Source: Bryobacterales bacterium | GTDB lineage: Bacteria > Acidobacteriota > Terriglobia > Bryobacterales > UBA6623 | Length of the DNA: 64,000 bases | Direction of reading: 5' to 3' | Assembly: GCA_965204095.1 (NCBI GenBank) | Contig: OZ241991.1 | Span: 2,640,290-2,704,289, forward strand | Shown: in pieces, positions 28,765-39,305 of the stretch | Layout: each line of letters begins with the position of its first letter | How positions within the stretch are numbered: position 1 is the first letter of the stretch | Position numbers and translations under genes: made by a program | Notes under the pieces: model-generated | Databases searched by the model: none | Seen by the model: the letters and a program-made list of their open reading frames with translations, nothing else | What the model was told of the DNA's origin: nothing

Positions 28765-29433
28765 CTACTGAGCAGAATTTCTGAGAAGTGTCCCTTCCAG
28801 ATCCAAACTCGCTGCCGCCCAACTACCCACTTTCGACGCCGTCAACTCACCAAACACAGGCATCTCCCCCAGCACCACCGTGTTCCCGTAGCGCTCGATC
28901 GCCCGCCGGTTCTCCTTATTGCGCTCGCCAACCATCACGACACCCGTCACATGCAGTGAACGCGCTCGCAGAGCCTCCAGGGTCAGCAAAGTATGGTTGA
29001 TGGTCCCCAGTCCCGACCGCGCCGTCACGACTACCGGCAATCCCAGTCGCGCCATCCAATCCGTCATGAGCTCCGAGTCATTCAGTGGGACCAATACTCC
29101 CCCTGCCCCTTCGATCATCCAGGCACGATCCTTCGAAAGCCGCGACGCCATCGTTTCGAGATCCTCGATCGCGATTGTCTCGCCGGCCAGCCGGGCCGCC
29201 AGGTGCGGCGATAACGGCCGCGGAAGTCGGATGCCCTCGGTGAAGATCTCCGCTTCCGAGCAATCCCCCAACTCGCGAACGACGGCTGTGTCGTCGTCCT
29301 CCTCGATGCCGGTCTGGATCGGCTTCCAGTATCCAATCGGACCGGATCTGCGGTAACGGTGCATCAACGCGGCGTTGACGATCGTCTTACCGACACCCGT
29401 ATCCGTGCCGGTTACAAAGAGGCCGCGCGGCAT
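28765..29433 (-). CDS. bioD: Dethiobiotin synthase
   Basis: Internal start at 29433 in ORF 28765..29874. Shows [17 protein letters not shown]. Overlaps the bioF 3' end by 22 nt. Confidence 0.9.
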   Translation of the reverse strand: MPRGLFVTGTDTGVGKTIVNAALMHRYRRSGPIGYWKPIQTGIEEDDDTAVVRELGDCSEAEIFTEGIRLPRPLSPHLAARLAGETIAIEDLETMASRLSKDRAWMIEGAGGVLVPLNDSELMTDWMARLGLPVVVTARSGLGTINHTLLTLEALRARSLHVTGVVMVGERNKENRRAIERYGNTVVLGEMPVFGELTASKVGSWAAASLDLEGTLLRNSAQ

Positions 29434-30566
29434 GCCACCTTCTCTGCAAGAGCCGTGACGAGAGACGATCGAAATGCTTCGAGGTCCGCCTCGCGAAGCT
29501 TGGCGTTTACTGACACCCGAAGCCGCGCTGTTCCCCGCGGCACGGTCGGCGGACGGATGGCGCGCACGTCGAAGCCGTCTTTCTGCAAGGCCTCTGCCGC
29601 CGCCATGGCTCGCTCGTTGTCTCCCAACACGATCGGAATGATCTGCGACTCGCCTTGAGGCGCGCGAACGCCCATCTCCGTCAGCATGGCCCGTAGTTTT
29701 CCGGCGGACCGCAGCGTTCGCACGCGAAGCTCGGGTTCGCGCACAACCACACTCAACGCGGCATCCAGCGCGGCCGCCAACGAAGGCGGCGGCGCGGTCG
29801 TAAAAATAAACGTGCGCGCCCGCTGAATCAGAAAATCGATCGCCCACCGCGGACCCGCGACAAACGCCCCGCATACTCCCAACGCCTTGCCGGCGGTGTT
29901 CACGCTAAGGAAGACGTCACCGCCGACACCGGCCTGCTCGATCCGACCGCTGCCGTGTTCGCCGAAGACGCCCACGGCGTGTGCCTCGTCAACAATCAGA
30001 GCCGTGCCGGTCTCGCGGCATAGCTCCGCGTAGTCCTCGAGCGGCGCGAAGTCGCCGTCCATGCTGAACAGCGATTCGGTCACGAGGAATCGTTGTCCCG
30101 GCACCTGCTCTGAAACCAGGGCGCCGCGCAGAGCCCGCGCGTCGCAGTGCGGAAAGATGACTCGCCGCGCTCGCCCGAGCCGCATCCCATCGATCAAACT
30201 GGCGTGATTCAACTCGTCTGAAAAAACGACATCGCCTTCTTGGAGGAAGGACGACAACACACCCAGATTCGCCGCATAGCCGCTGCTGAAATACAGGCTC
30301 GCCTCAGTCCCCTTCCAATCGGCAAAGCGCCGCTCGACATCGTGCAAGGCCTTCCGCTCTCCACGGAGCAAACGGGAAGCCGTCGATCCGACGCCCTCCT
30401 GCAAAACCGCCCGCGCCATCGCGCCGCGTATCAACGGATGGTCGGCCAGCCCCAGGTAGTCGTTCGACGAGAGATCGATTCCTGAGGGACTCCACAGTTC
30501 CCTTCGCAGTCCTTGAGAGTCAAGTTCACTCAAGATGCGGCGGGTACGATCTTCCAGCTCAGCCAT
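29412..30566 (-). CDS. bioF: 8-amino-7-oxononanoate synthase
   Basis: PLP-dependent acyltransferase pattern ([17 protein letters not shown]); bio operon context. Confidence 0.9.
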   Translation of the reverse strand: MAELEDRTRRILSELDSQGLRRELWSPSGIDLSSNDYLGLADHPLIRGAMARAVLQEGVGSTASRLLRGERKALHDVERRFADWKGTEASLYFSSGYAANLGVLSSFLQEGDVVFSDELNHASLIDGMRLGRARRVIFPHCDARALRGALVSEQVPGQRFLVTESLFSMDGDFAPLEDYAELCRETGTALIVDEAHAVGVFGEHGSGRIEQAGVGGDVFLSVNTAGKALGVCGAFVAGPRWAIDFLIQRARTFIFTTAPPPSLAAALDAALSVVVREPELRVRTLRSAGKLRAMLTEMGVRAPQGESQIIPIVLGDNERAMAAAEALQKDGFDVRAIRPPTVPRGTARLRVSVNAKLREADLEAFRSSLVTALAEKVACRAASL

Positions 30567-31593
30567 GATCGGCTTTTACGGATAGGGGGAGCGGCGCCCC
30601 TTCGCTTCCTGTCATGGTGACCGGCTCGTTCATGAGCCGCATGCCCAGTTTATCGAGTAGTTGCCGATCCCGGTCCATCTCTGGATTGGACGTGGTGAGC
30701 AGCTTGTCGCCCATGAAGATCGAATTCGCTCCGCCAAGGAAGCACAGTGCCTGCGCCTCGTCGGATAGCGACAATCGCCCGGCGCTCAACCGCACCATCG
30801 ACGCCGGCATCAGGATGCGCGCCGCCGCCACCATACGCACCAACTCCAGTGGGTCCACGCTCCGCTGAGCCGCCAGAGGCGTCCCCTCTACTCGCACCAG
30901 CAGGTTGATGGGTACGCTCTCCGGATGTGGCGCCTGAGTCGCCAGTTCCCGCAGAAGCCCGATGCGGTCGGCGCGGCTCTCGCCCATCCCGATGATGCCC
31001 CCGCAGCAAACGGTGATTCCCGCGGCGCGCACGCGGCCCAACGTATCGAGCCGCTCCTGGTACCGGCGTGTCGTTATGATTTCACCGTAGAACTCCGGCG
31101 AGGTGTCCAAATTATGGTTGTACGCCGTCAGACCTGCTTCGGCGAGCCTTTCGGCCTGTTGTCGGGTCAACATGCCGAGAGTGCAACACGCCTCCAGCCC
31201 TAACGAGCGGACCCCCCGCACCATCTCGACAATCCGCTCGAATTCATCGCCTTCGGGGGCATCACGCCACGCCGCCCCCATGCAGAATCGCGTGGCGCCG
31301 TTGTCTCGTGCAGTGGCTGCGGCGTCTACCGTTTCGTCGACACTCAGCAGAGCTTGCGCATCGACCCCGGTCTTGTAACGAGCAGACTGCGGGCAATAGG
31401 CGCAATCCTCCGGACAGCCCCCCGTCTTGATGCTGAGTAGAGTGCATCCTTGCACTTCTAGCGGGTTGTGAAATGCACGATGCGCGATCTGGGCAAAATA
31501 TAGGAGCTCGGGCAGCGGCAGATCAAGAAGACTGGCGATTTCCTCGGCGGTCCAGTCATGTCGCAACGGGGAGCGTTGGGTGGAAGTCACCAT
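30559..31593 (-). CDS. bioB: Biotin synthase
   Basis: [11 protein letters not shown] radical-SAM motif. Start uncertain (31593 or 31623). Its stop overlaps the bioF start by 8 nt. Confidence 0.93.
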   Translation of the reverse strand: MVTSTQRSPLRHDWTAEEIASLLDLPLPELLYFAQIAHRAFHNPLEVQGCTLLSIKTGGCPEDCAYCPQSARYKTGVDAQALLSVDETVDAAATARDNGATRFCMGAAWRDAPEGDEFERIVEMVRGVRSLGLEACCTLGMLTRQQAERLAEAGLTAYNHNLDTSPEFYGEIITTRRYQERLDTLGRVRAAGITVCCGGIIGMGESRADRIGLLRELATQAPHPESVPINLLVRVEGTPLAAQRSVDPLELVRMVAAARILMPASMVRLSAGRLSLSDEAQALCFLGGANSIFMGDKLLTTSNPEMDRDRQLLDKLGMRLMNEPVTMTGSEGAPLPLSVKADHG

Positions 31594-31624
31594 GCAGCCA
31601 AAGTCGTCGGTCAAGCTCTCCATT

Positions 31625-31879
31625 ATGCGACACCGCCAACTAGCAAGGGAGATTGTGGTGGAGAGACACCAGCGCAGCATCGCCAAAGCCGCCAGTTATC
31701 GCTTGCTCGGCTCCCTGCTCACCGCACTGATTGCCTACCTGTTGTGCGGCGCATGGGACGTGGCGCTGGGTTTGGGCCTGCTCGATTCCGTCGCCAAGAT
31801 GGCAGCCTATTTCCTGCACGATAGCCTCTGGGCGCGTATCAATTGGGGGGCGCCAAGACCGCCTGACTATCAGATCTAG
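31625..31879 (+). CDS. Small membrane protein, DUF2061-like
   Basis: ORF 31580..31879. Shows [24 protein letters not shown]...[12 protein letters not shown]. Divergent from bioB. Confidence 0.6.
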   Translation: MRHRQLAREIVVERHQRSIAKAASYRLLGSLLTALIAYLLCGAWDVALGLGLLDSVAKMAAYFLHDSLWARINWGAPRPPDYQI

Positions 31880-31973
31880 CCTGCAGGCCCCATCTGGCCG
31901 AGACGAAGGTTTCCTATTGCAGCGGATGTAATAGGATTGGTGATAGAAGATCGAAGTGCAAAGGAAGGTAGCA

Positions 31974-32417
31974 ATGGCGAAGTGGCTGAGACACATCCGC
32001 GGTGCAATCTTGATGGGATTGGCCTGGGCCGCGGCATGGGCGCCGATTGGTGTGCTGATCGGGCTGATCGTGGATTCGGATGGGTCCATGGATGAGATGT
32101 GGGTGGCGGTGGGAGGATACCCGGGCTTCCTTTGCGGGGCAGTCTTTTTCGCAGCGCTTGGAGTTTCAGAGGGCCGTCGCAGATTTGATGAATTGCCGCA
32201 TTCACAAGTCTGTGCCAGGGGGTCGATGAGTGGAGTGCTGGTCGGCATGCTTCCGTTAGTTTTGGGCTCAATTGAAACCGGCGCGCTCCCGGTGTGGCTG
32301 CTGGGAGTCCTGATCCTCGCTTCCATCACTCTGCTGAGTGCGGTCTCAGCCGCAGGTTCACTGGCGCTGGCCAAATGGTGGAGGCGCAGGAACAGCTCCA
32401 CGCCCGTGCTGACGTGA
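31974..32417 (+). CDS. Hypothetical membrane protein
   Basis: ORF 31956..32417 has four hydrophobic segments. The competing minus-strand ORF 31640..32656 looks spurious. Confidence 0.45.
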   Translation: MAKWLRHIRGAILMGLAWAAAWAPIGVLIGLIVDSDGSMDEMWVAVGGYPGFLCGAVFFAALGVSEGRRRFDELPHSQVCARGSMSGVLVGMLPLVLGSIETGALPVWLLGVLILASITLLSAVSAAGSLALAKWWRRRNSSTPVLT

Positions 32418-32426
32418 TCGAGGTGG

Positions 32427-32562
32427 ACTCGCCGCAGAAGAGGCGAATGCCGCCTGGCGCACGCAGTTCTGCTTGACCGCACCTCGAAGACGGCAAGCCG
32501 GCGCCAGGAAGTCCTGGCGGTCGTGTCGCGTGCTTGCCCCGTCAGGCGGGAAGAAAGACAGA
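32427..32562 (+). repeat. Hairpin repeat family, decayed copy
   Basis: ...gacggcaagccggcgccaggaagtcctggcggtcgtgtcgcgtgcttgccccgtcaggcgggaagaaagaca aligns to the right two-thirds of the consensus. The left arm is eroded. Confidence 0.6.
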
Positions 32563-32866
32563 CGAGCAGGGGATGCAGTCCGATCAGTCGTTGTCTTTCC
32601 TCCCCTGGCGGTGTTCGAAGACATCGATTCCCAACGTCTTCCTGACGGACGGCCACCGCCGGTCGGCATCGCTTTAGCCGCCCGCCTTGTCTGCCGCGTG
32701 ATGAGTAGAGAGATGGTCTGGATGGGATGCCTTCACTACAGTCGGATCTGTCGTTGCGGAAACAAACGAGCTCACGAACGTGATCCAGAGGTCCGTTTCG
32801 GACCGCAAAGCACTTGCCTCTCTGGCCTGTGCTAAGGTCACCCTATTGATCGAGAGGGATCGGTGA

Positions 32867-35233
32867 ATGAGCTTCGAGATTCGTAAGGTAGCCGTACTGG
32901 GCGCGGGCACGATGGGTTCTCGGATCGCGGCGCATCTTGCGAACGCCGGGGTCGAATGTCTGTTGCTCGATCTCCCCATCGAAGGCGCATCCACCGAAGC
33001 TGCCCGCAACGGCATCGCTGCGAAAGCGCACAAGGCCCTTCTCAAGTCACGCCCTCCGGCCCTCTTTACAGCAGACACGCTTCGGCGGATCGAGATCGGT
33101 AATTTCTCAGACCACCTTGCGCGTGTTTCGGAGGCGGATTGGATCATCGAGGCCGTTGTCGAGAACTTCGATGCCAAGCGCGAGATCCTCGCAAAGGTCG
33201 ATGCATTGCGTCGTCCCGGAGCTTTGATCACGACCAACACATCCGGCCTACCCGTCGGAAGGCTCGCTGAAGGCATGTCCGACGATTTCCGAAAGCACTG
33301 GCTGGGAACGCACTTCTTCAATCCGCCCCGCCACATGCGCCTGATGGAGCTGATTCCCACGCCTGAGAGCGATCCTCAAGTGGTCCACTTCGTCGCGGAC
33401 TTTTGCAGCCGGCGTCTCGGCAAAGTGGTTGTTTACGCCAACGACCGCCCCAACTTTATCGCCAACCGCATCTTGCTCTTTTCCGTCATGCACACGTTGC
33501 AGACCATGCGCTTGCATGGCTTGATGATCGAAGAGGTCGACGCCCTGACCGGGCCGCTTGTCGGACGGCCTCGCATGGCGACCTTTCGCCTGGCCGACTT
33601 CATCGGAATCGATGTCTGTCTCTTCGTTGCGGAAACTCTGCATCGCCTCGTTCCCGACGATGAAAAACACGAGGTCTACCGGCCGCCCGAATTTCTTCGC
33701 AAGATGGTCGAGCGGGGCTTCGTCGGAGACAAGGCCGGGCAAGGATTCTACAAGAAAGTCAAGGGCAAGGGCCGCCCCGAGTTGTTGGTTCTCGATCTCG
33801 AAACGTTGGACTATCGGCCGGCGAACAAACCAAGCTGGCCGGAATTGAAGCAAGCCGGGAAGGTCCGCGATCTTCCGGAGAGGATCAAGACGCTCATCGA
33901 CGCTCCCACGCCGGCCGGCCGCTTCCTATGGGAAACACTGAGTGAACTATTCCTATACACTGCGGCGCGTATTCCCGAGGTGACCGATGACATCCGGTCC
34001 ATCGACACGACCATGCGGACCGGGTTCAATTGGGAGAAGGGCATCTTCGAGATCTGGAACGGCCTCGGCGTCGAACAGACGGTTCAACGCATGAAGGACG
34101 ACGGCCGCGGGATTCCAGCGATCGTGGAAGCCGTGCTCGAGACGCCCGAAAAGTCCTTTTACCAGGAGAAGGGTCTTGAGGTCACCTACTTCGACTTCCC
34201 GGCAAAGCGCCACCAGCCGCTGGTCGATCCCGAGGGCTTCATCCGCCTTGCTTCTCTGCATAGGCGCAAGCGAATCTTGAAATCCAACGACAGCGCCAGC
34301 CTCGTGGACCTCGGTGACGGCATCGTCTGCTTGGAGTTTCATTCCAAAGCGAACTCACTCGATGAAGGCGTGCTCGGCCTGCTGCGGGAAACGATCGACG
34401 ACTGTGACGACAATCACCGGGCGCTGGTCATCGGAAATGATGGCGCTCATTTTTGCGTCGGAGCCAATCTCGCGATGCTTCTCGGATGGTGTCAATCGAA
34501 GAACTGGCAACGGATCGAGCAGGCTGTCGACGAAGTGCAAACGCTGTTCCGCGCGCTTCGCGGGCTACCCAAACCCACCGTCGCCGCCATCTTCGGGCAA
34601 ACGCTCGCCGGCGGTTGCGAACTCACGCTTCACTGCGACCGTGTGCAGGCCGCGGCCGAGACGTACATCGGACTGGTCGAGGTAGGCGCAGGTTTAATCC
34701 CCGCGGCCGGAGGCTGCACGGATTTGCTGCGCCGGCACACCGCCTCTCTTCAAGCGAAACACGATCTCACTCCTGCTACGCAAGCGGTCTTTGAACGGAT
34801 CGGCATGGCCAAAGTCTCCAACAGTGCCGAGGAAGCCCGCGAATGGAATCTCTTGCGGCCCGCCGACCTCATCACCATGAACCGAGACCACCTGCTATCC
34901 GATGCTTGGCAGACAGCTCGGCTTCTGGCCGCCGCTCCGTACCAACCGCCGCGGCGCTCCGAGATACTCGTCGGAGGACAAGGCACCCTGGCTGCCCTCA
35001 ACCTGGCGATCTATCTGCTGCACGAAGCCGGCTACATCAGTGGCTACGACCGTCACATCGGGTGCAAGTTGGCCACCGTTCTCGCCGGCGGGCCTCTTTC
35101 CCAGCCCGCTTGGGTTTCAGAGGACTATTTGCTCGGTCTGGAGAAAGAAGCCTTCCTCAGCCTCTGTGGGGAAGAGAGAACGCAGCAGCGCATAAGCCAC
35201 ATTCTGGAAACCGGCAAACCGCTCCGCAACTAG
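32867..35233 (+). CDS. Fused 3-hydroxyacyl-CoA dehydrogenase / enoyl-CoA hydratase (FadN/FadB-like)
   Basis: VAVLGAGTMGSRIAAHLANAG, HFFNPP and a C-terminal crotonase-like region (GGCELTLHCD). Its TAG stop (35231-35233) abuts the repeat. Confidence 0.9.
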   Translation: MSFEIRKVAVLGAGTMGSRIAAHLANAGVECLLLDLPIEGASTEAARNGIAAKAHKALLKSRPPALFTADTLRRIEIGNFSDHLARVSEADWIIEAVVENFDAKREILAKVDALRRPGALITTNTSGLPVGRLAEGMSDDFRKHWLGTHFFNPPRHMRLMELIPTPESDPQVVHFVADFCSRRLGKVVVYANDRPNFIANRILLFSVMHTLQTMRLHGLMIEEVDALTGPLVGRPRMATFRLADFIGIDVCLFVAETLHRLVPDDEKHEVYRPPEFLRKMVERGFVGDKAGQGFYKKVKGKGRPELLVLDLETLDYRPANKPSWPELKQAGKVRDLPERIKTLIDAPTPAGRFLWETLSELFLYTAARIPEVTDDIRSIDTTMRTGFNWEKGIFEIWNGLGVEQTVQRMKDDGRGIPAIVEAVLETPEKSFYQEKGLEVTYFDFPAKRHQPLVDPEGFIRLASLHRRKRILKSNDSASLVDLGDGIVCLEFHSKANSLDEGVLGLLRETIDDCDDNHRALVIGNDGAHFCVGANLAMLLGWCQSKNWQRIEQAVDEVQTLFRALRGLPKPTVAAIFGQTLAGGCELTLHCDRVQAAAETYIGLVEVGAGLIPAAGGCTDLLRRHTASLQAKHDLTPATQAVFERIGMAKVSNSAEEAREWNLLRPADLITMNRDHLLSDAWQTARLLAAAPYQPPRRSEILVGGQGTLAALNLAIYLLHEAGYISGYDRHIGCKLATVLAGGPLSQPAWVSEDYLLGLEKEAFLSLCGEERTQQRISHILETGKPLRN

Positions 35234-35420
35234 CCTGCATTTCTCACCACGTGGCGAGGCGAAGTGCGTGAGAGCGGCGTCAGGACGAGGCGCGAGCCGG
35301 GCGGAGGAAAAAGGCGCGCGCAGGTGTACTTGAACAGCACGTTGAGCACGGTAAGCAAGCGCAACGAAGTCCTGGCGGTCGTATCGCGTGCTTCGACCGT
35401 CGGGTGGTGAGACATGCAGG
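35234..35420 (+). repeat. Hairpin repeat family, copy 5 (187 bp; GGAGGAAAAAGG variant lacking half of the GC palindrome)
   Basis: Ends cctgcatttctcaccac / ggtggtgagacatgcagg. This is the uninterrupted reference for the intron insertion site. Confidence 0.9.
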
Positions 35421-35889
35421 CTAGTCCCGCCCCCGCCCCGCTACGCGGTGCGGATCATTCGAGCAAGAAACATCCGGATCGGCGCCATGGCTGCTTGATT
35501 CGGACGATGTTTCGGGTTCGCTTTTCATCCGCCTGCCTGCGGATCATGCGGAGAGGCGGGCAGGCGCCCAGAGGGCACCCGCGCGCTCCCAGGGGTTTGC
35601 TCCGCCCGGGTGTGAATCCTGCAAGAGGAACCCTTCGGGTTGGTGTCAACGCTGCTTGCATAGGGGGATGTTTCAGGTCAGCTTTGCACGGAGACGCTGC
35701 TCGCTCACTTCACAAGAGATTCCCCGACATCTCGCGCACGGGAGGGTGGAAACATCCCACGCCGACTCGGAGCAACTGTTGCCGGTCGGCCCGTGGCGGC
35801 ATGGCCGTCAAGTGGGCGGGACGATTCCGGGTGCTACGCTACGGGGAAAGCGCCGTCGGAGCGACGGTTGCCCTCGTACGAAGACCAAG

Positions 35890-37539
35890 ATGAAGCTAGC
35901 GCTCGGCCAGGTCAACCCCACTGTGGGCGACCTTGCGGGCAACGTCGATCGAATGATCGCGATGGCCCGAAAGGCAGCTGCGGGGTCCGCCGATCTGATG
36001 GTGTTCCCTGAACTCGCCGTAAGCGGCTATCCGCCCCGCGACCTCGTCGAGATTCCGCACTACCTCGAACGCAACGAGAACGAGTTGCGGCGTTTGGCGC
36101 GCGAGACGTCGGCTCTGGGAATCGCCGTCATCGCGGGCTACGCGGGAAGCTCCGAACCTGGTGCATCGCGGTCGGCCTCCAACTGCGCCGCATATTTGCG
36201 AAACGGCCAGGTGCTGCACCGGCAAAGCAAAATGCTGTTGCCTACCTATGACGTCTTCGACGAGTGGCGATACTTCGCTCCGGCTGAGAACCAACAAGTC
36301 TGGCAACACGACGGATGCCGCATGGCAGTCACGATCTGCGAGGACGTTTGGAACGACAAACAGTTCTGGGATCGCCGGCGCTACGAACGCGACCCGGTCG
36401 AAGAACTCGTGCAGCAGGGTACGGATATCGTCATCAACATCGCCTCTTCTCCGTATCACATGGACAAGCGCAAGTTAAGGCTGAACATGATCTCCGCCAC
36501 AGCGCGCCGTTGGAACGTGCCGATCGCCATGGGCAACCAGGTGGGGGGAAACGATCAACTCGTCTTCGACGGATCGAGCTTCGTCGTCGGGGCGGACGGC
36601 GGCATCCGCGCCCGCGCCAACTCCTTCCGCGAGGATCTGCTCTTCTACGACACGGAAACGGGCGTCGGCGACATCCGTGAGCAATCGTCGAACGAGTGCG
36701 ATGCGCTGTATGACGCCTTGGTTCTCGGCACCCGCGATTACACTGGAAAATGCGGGTTCCGAAGTGCAATCGTAGGTCTGAGCGGTGGCATGGATTCATC
36801 GCTCACAGCAGCCATCGCCGTCGATGCCTTGGGTGCCGAAAACGTGATGGGAGTCGGCATGCCTGGTCCGTTTTCGTCCCAGGGAAGTGTCAGCGATGCG
36901 AAGCAGTTGGCCCAAGCGCTGGGTATCCGTTTCGAGATCATCAGCATCAACGACGCTTACGCCACCATGACGAAAGCTCTCGAACCCATCTTCAAGCACC
37001 GTGAGCCGGACACCGCCGAGGAAAACCTGCAGGCTCGACTACGGGGCGACACCTTGATGGCGCTCTCGAACAAGTTTGACTCGATAGTGCTCACGACCGG
37101 CAACAAGAGCGAAATCGCCGTTGGATACTGCACCCTCTACGGCGACATGGCCGGGGGGCTGGCCGTCATCAGCGACGTGCCCAAGACCCTGGTCTACAAG
37201 CTGGCTCGGATCGTGAACCAGCGGCGTTCCGGGACAATTCCCGAGTCTGTCTTCACCAAGCCGCCCTCCGCGGAGTTGCGGCCCGATCAGAAAGACACCG
37301 ACTCTCTCCCCGACTACGAAGTGCTCGACCCGATCCTTCAACTCTACGTCGAGCAGTACGAGGAACCATCCGCCATCGCGAAGAAACTGGGGCTTCCCGA
37401 AGACCTCATTCGCGACGTCACACGCAAGGTGGAGCGCAACGAATATAAGCGCCAGCAAGCGGCTCCCGGCCTGCGCGTTACCTCGAAAGCCTTCGGAATG
37501 GGCCGCCGCTTCCCCATTGCGCAGCGCTACTCGCCCTGA
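35890..37539 (+). CDS. nadE: Glutamine-dependent NAD+ synthetase
   Basis: Internal start at 35890 in ORF 35656..37539. N-terminal CN-hydrolase domain (MKLALGQVNP) and PP-loop GLSGGMDSS. Confidence 0.95.
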   Translation: MKLALGQVNPTVGDLAGNVDRMIAMARKAAAGSADLMVFPELAVSGYPPRDLVEIPHYLERNENELRRLARETSALGIAVIAGYAGSSEPGASRSASNCAAYLRNGQVLHRQSKMLLPTYDVFDEWRYFAPAENQQVWQHDGCRMAVTICEDVWNDKQFWDRRRYERDPVEELVQQGTDIVINIASSPYHMDKRKLRLNMISATARRWNVPIAMGNQVGGNDQLVFDGSSFVVGADGGIRARANSFREDLLFYDTETGVGDIREQSSNECDALYDALVLGTRDYTGKCGFRSAIVGLSGGMDSSLTAAIAVDALGAENVMGVGMPGPFSSQGSVSDAKQLAQALGIRFEIISINDAYATMTKALEPIFKHREPDTAEENLQARLRGDTLMALSNKFDSIVLTTGNKSEIAVGYCTLYGDMAGGLAVISDVPKTLVYKLARIVNQRRSGTIPESVFTKPPSAELRPDQKDTDSLPDYEVLDPILQLYVEQYEEPSAIAKKLGLPEDLIRDVTRKVERNEYKRQQAAPGLRVTSKAFGMGRRFPIAQRYSP

Positions 37540-37598
37540 TCGACAGACCAAGCCGGCGAGGGTAAAGCCACGTAGCTTGCCTATAATGAGTCGTCTCC

Positions 37599-38915
37599 AT
37601 GCCCCCCCTTCATCTCGGCATCATCGGCCTCGGTAACGTGGGGCGCGGCACTCTCCGCATTCTGCACGACAACGCGTCGCTGATCGAGCGCAAGCTGGGC
37701 TTCCCGCTCGTCGTGAAGGCCCTTTGCTCGCGGTCAGTGCTGGCCGAGCCGCCTGAGGAAGTCCTGCACTTCCCCGATGCTTTGCGGACCGCGGACTGGA
37801 TAGACGTCGTCAACCATCCCGACGTTCACATCGTGGCGGAACTCGTCGGCGGCGCCGACGCGGCAGCCCGGATCGTCGAATCTTCGATTGCCGCCGGCAA
37901 ATCATTCGTCACCGCCAACAAGGAACTCATGGCGGAGCAAGGTGCCGATATCTGGGAGAAGGCCATCGACGCTAACACCTGCCTGGCAATGGAAGCCAGC
38001 GTCGCCGGCGGAATACCGATCCACTCCGTGTTGCGCGAGGGAATCTCCGGAGACCGGGTTGCTTCGTTGGTCGGCATCCTGAACGGCACATCAAACTACA
38101 TCTTGACGGAGATGGAGAGGCGCGGCGAGTCGTTGGCAACGGTTCTCAAAGAGGCGCAGGATCTGGGCTACGCCGAAGCCGACCCAACGGCCGATGTGGA
38201 TGGCTACGACGCCCAATCGAAGTTGACTCTGCTGGCCGCGCTCGCTTTCGGCGTCAAGATCACCCCTTCTGACATCCATCGCGAGGGCATCCGGCGCATA
38301 CGCAACATCGATTTCGCGTACGCTTCGCGGCTCGGTCAGACCGTGCGTTTGATCGCGGCTGCCGAACAGACCGATCGAGGCCTGTTGCTGTCCGTTCGAC
38401 CCGCTCTGATCCCCCGCGAAACGATCCTGGCGCATGTCCAGGGTTCTTATAACGCCATCTGGATCAGGGGAGTCCACGGAGAGGATACGTTCTATTACGG
38501 CCGTGGCGCCGGACCGACACCCACCGGAGTCGCCGTCGTCAGTGACCTGATGCGCGTGGCCCGTGAAATCGTCAACGGCAGTCCCGAAAGGGTCTCGCCA
38601 TTTGCCCATCCGGCTCTGGAGAAGTACGCGCCGGCTCCCATCGAGCACCAGGTGCGAGCTTACTACCTCAGATTCCGGGTGAGGGATCAACCGGGCATTA
38701 TCGCGGCCCTCGCCTCGATTCTCGCGGAGGCCGGTATCAGCCTGGAAGCCGTGCTCCAGGAGCCTAGCTTCAATAAAGCCGACTTGCCGTTCGTCATCAC
38801 GATCGAACCCACGGAAGAAGGCTCTTTGCGCCAAGCCATCAGCCGCATGGAAGGTCTCGGCTTTCTCGTCGACCAACCTCTGACCATGCCCCTTGAACAC
38901 GGTCTGCAGCAGTAA
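37599..38915 (+). CDS. hom: Homoserine dehydrogenase
   Basis: LGIIGLGNVGRG, NGTSNYILT and a C-terminal ACT-like domain. Confidence 0.95.
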   Translation: MPPLHLGIIGLGNVGRGTLRILHDNASLIERKLGFPLVVKALCSRSVLAEPPEEVLHFPDALRTADWIDVVNHPDVHIVAELVGGADAAARIVESSIAAGKSFVTANKELMAEQGADIWEKAIDANTCLAMEASVAGGIPIHSVLREGISGDRVASLVGILNGTSNYILTEMERRGESLATVLKEAQDLGYAEADPTADVDGYDAQSKLTLLAALAFGVKITPSDIHREGIRRIRNIDFAYASRLGQTVRLIAAAEQTDRGLLLSVRPALIPRETILAHVQGSYNAIWIRGVHGEDTFYYGRGAGPTPTGVAVVSDLMRVAREIVNGSPERVSPFAHPALEKYAPAPIEHQVRAYYLRFRVRDQPGIIAALASILAEAGISLEAVLQEPSFNKADLPFVITIEPTEEGSLRQAISRMEGLGFLVDQPLTMPLEHGLQQ

Positions 38916-39305
38916 CGTTCAATCGAGTTGCTCTCTCACGACAGCTCCGGATCTCAAATGGGGGTTGTTCGCCACGGGCCATCCGGGTTTTGCGTCCGGT
39001 GAACCCTAATAGCCGGTTCGGACTCCAGGATGAGCTGACCCTAACGGATCAGGCACTAGAAGCCTTTGCGGCCAGCTCAGGTTTCGGAGCCTCTTCCGGC
39101 TGCACTCTTATCCTGCCGGCGGTTTGGGCGGTTGCTGATTATCATGCCGGCCGCGCCGAAGCCCTTGATTCGCCTCCGGTCGCGTAGCCGCAATAGCAAT
39201 GCCCCGGGAACCCGGCGAAGCTGCGTCCGTGGTGGTATAGTCGATGGCTGGTTGGGCTGAGAAGCCTTTCCTCTCCCGTCTTTGTTGAGCTATCGAGACT
39301 CCCGA

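Noticed and set aside
27413-31593. Absence of bioC/bioH next to bioBFDA, and the methyltransferase at 42086..42826 as a BioC candidate
   Set aside because: Pimeloyl-arm genes are often unlinked. The methyltransferase has only the generic SAM motif and no operon link, so no claim is made.
31640-32656. 338-aa minus-strand ORF spanning the bioB-upstream region
   Set aside because: Its composition is implausible and it runs through a decayed repeat copy. The + strand DUF2061-like and membrane ORFs fit better.
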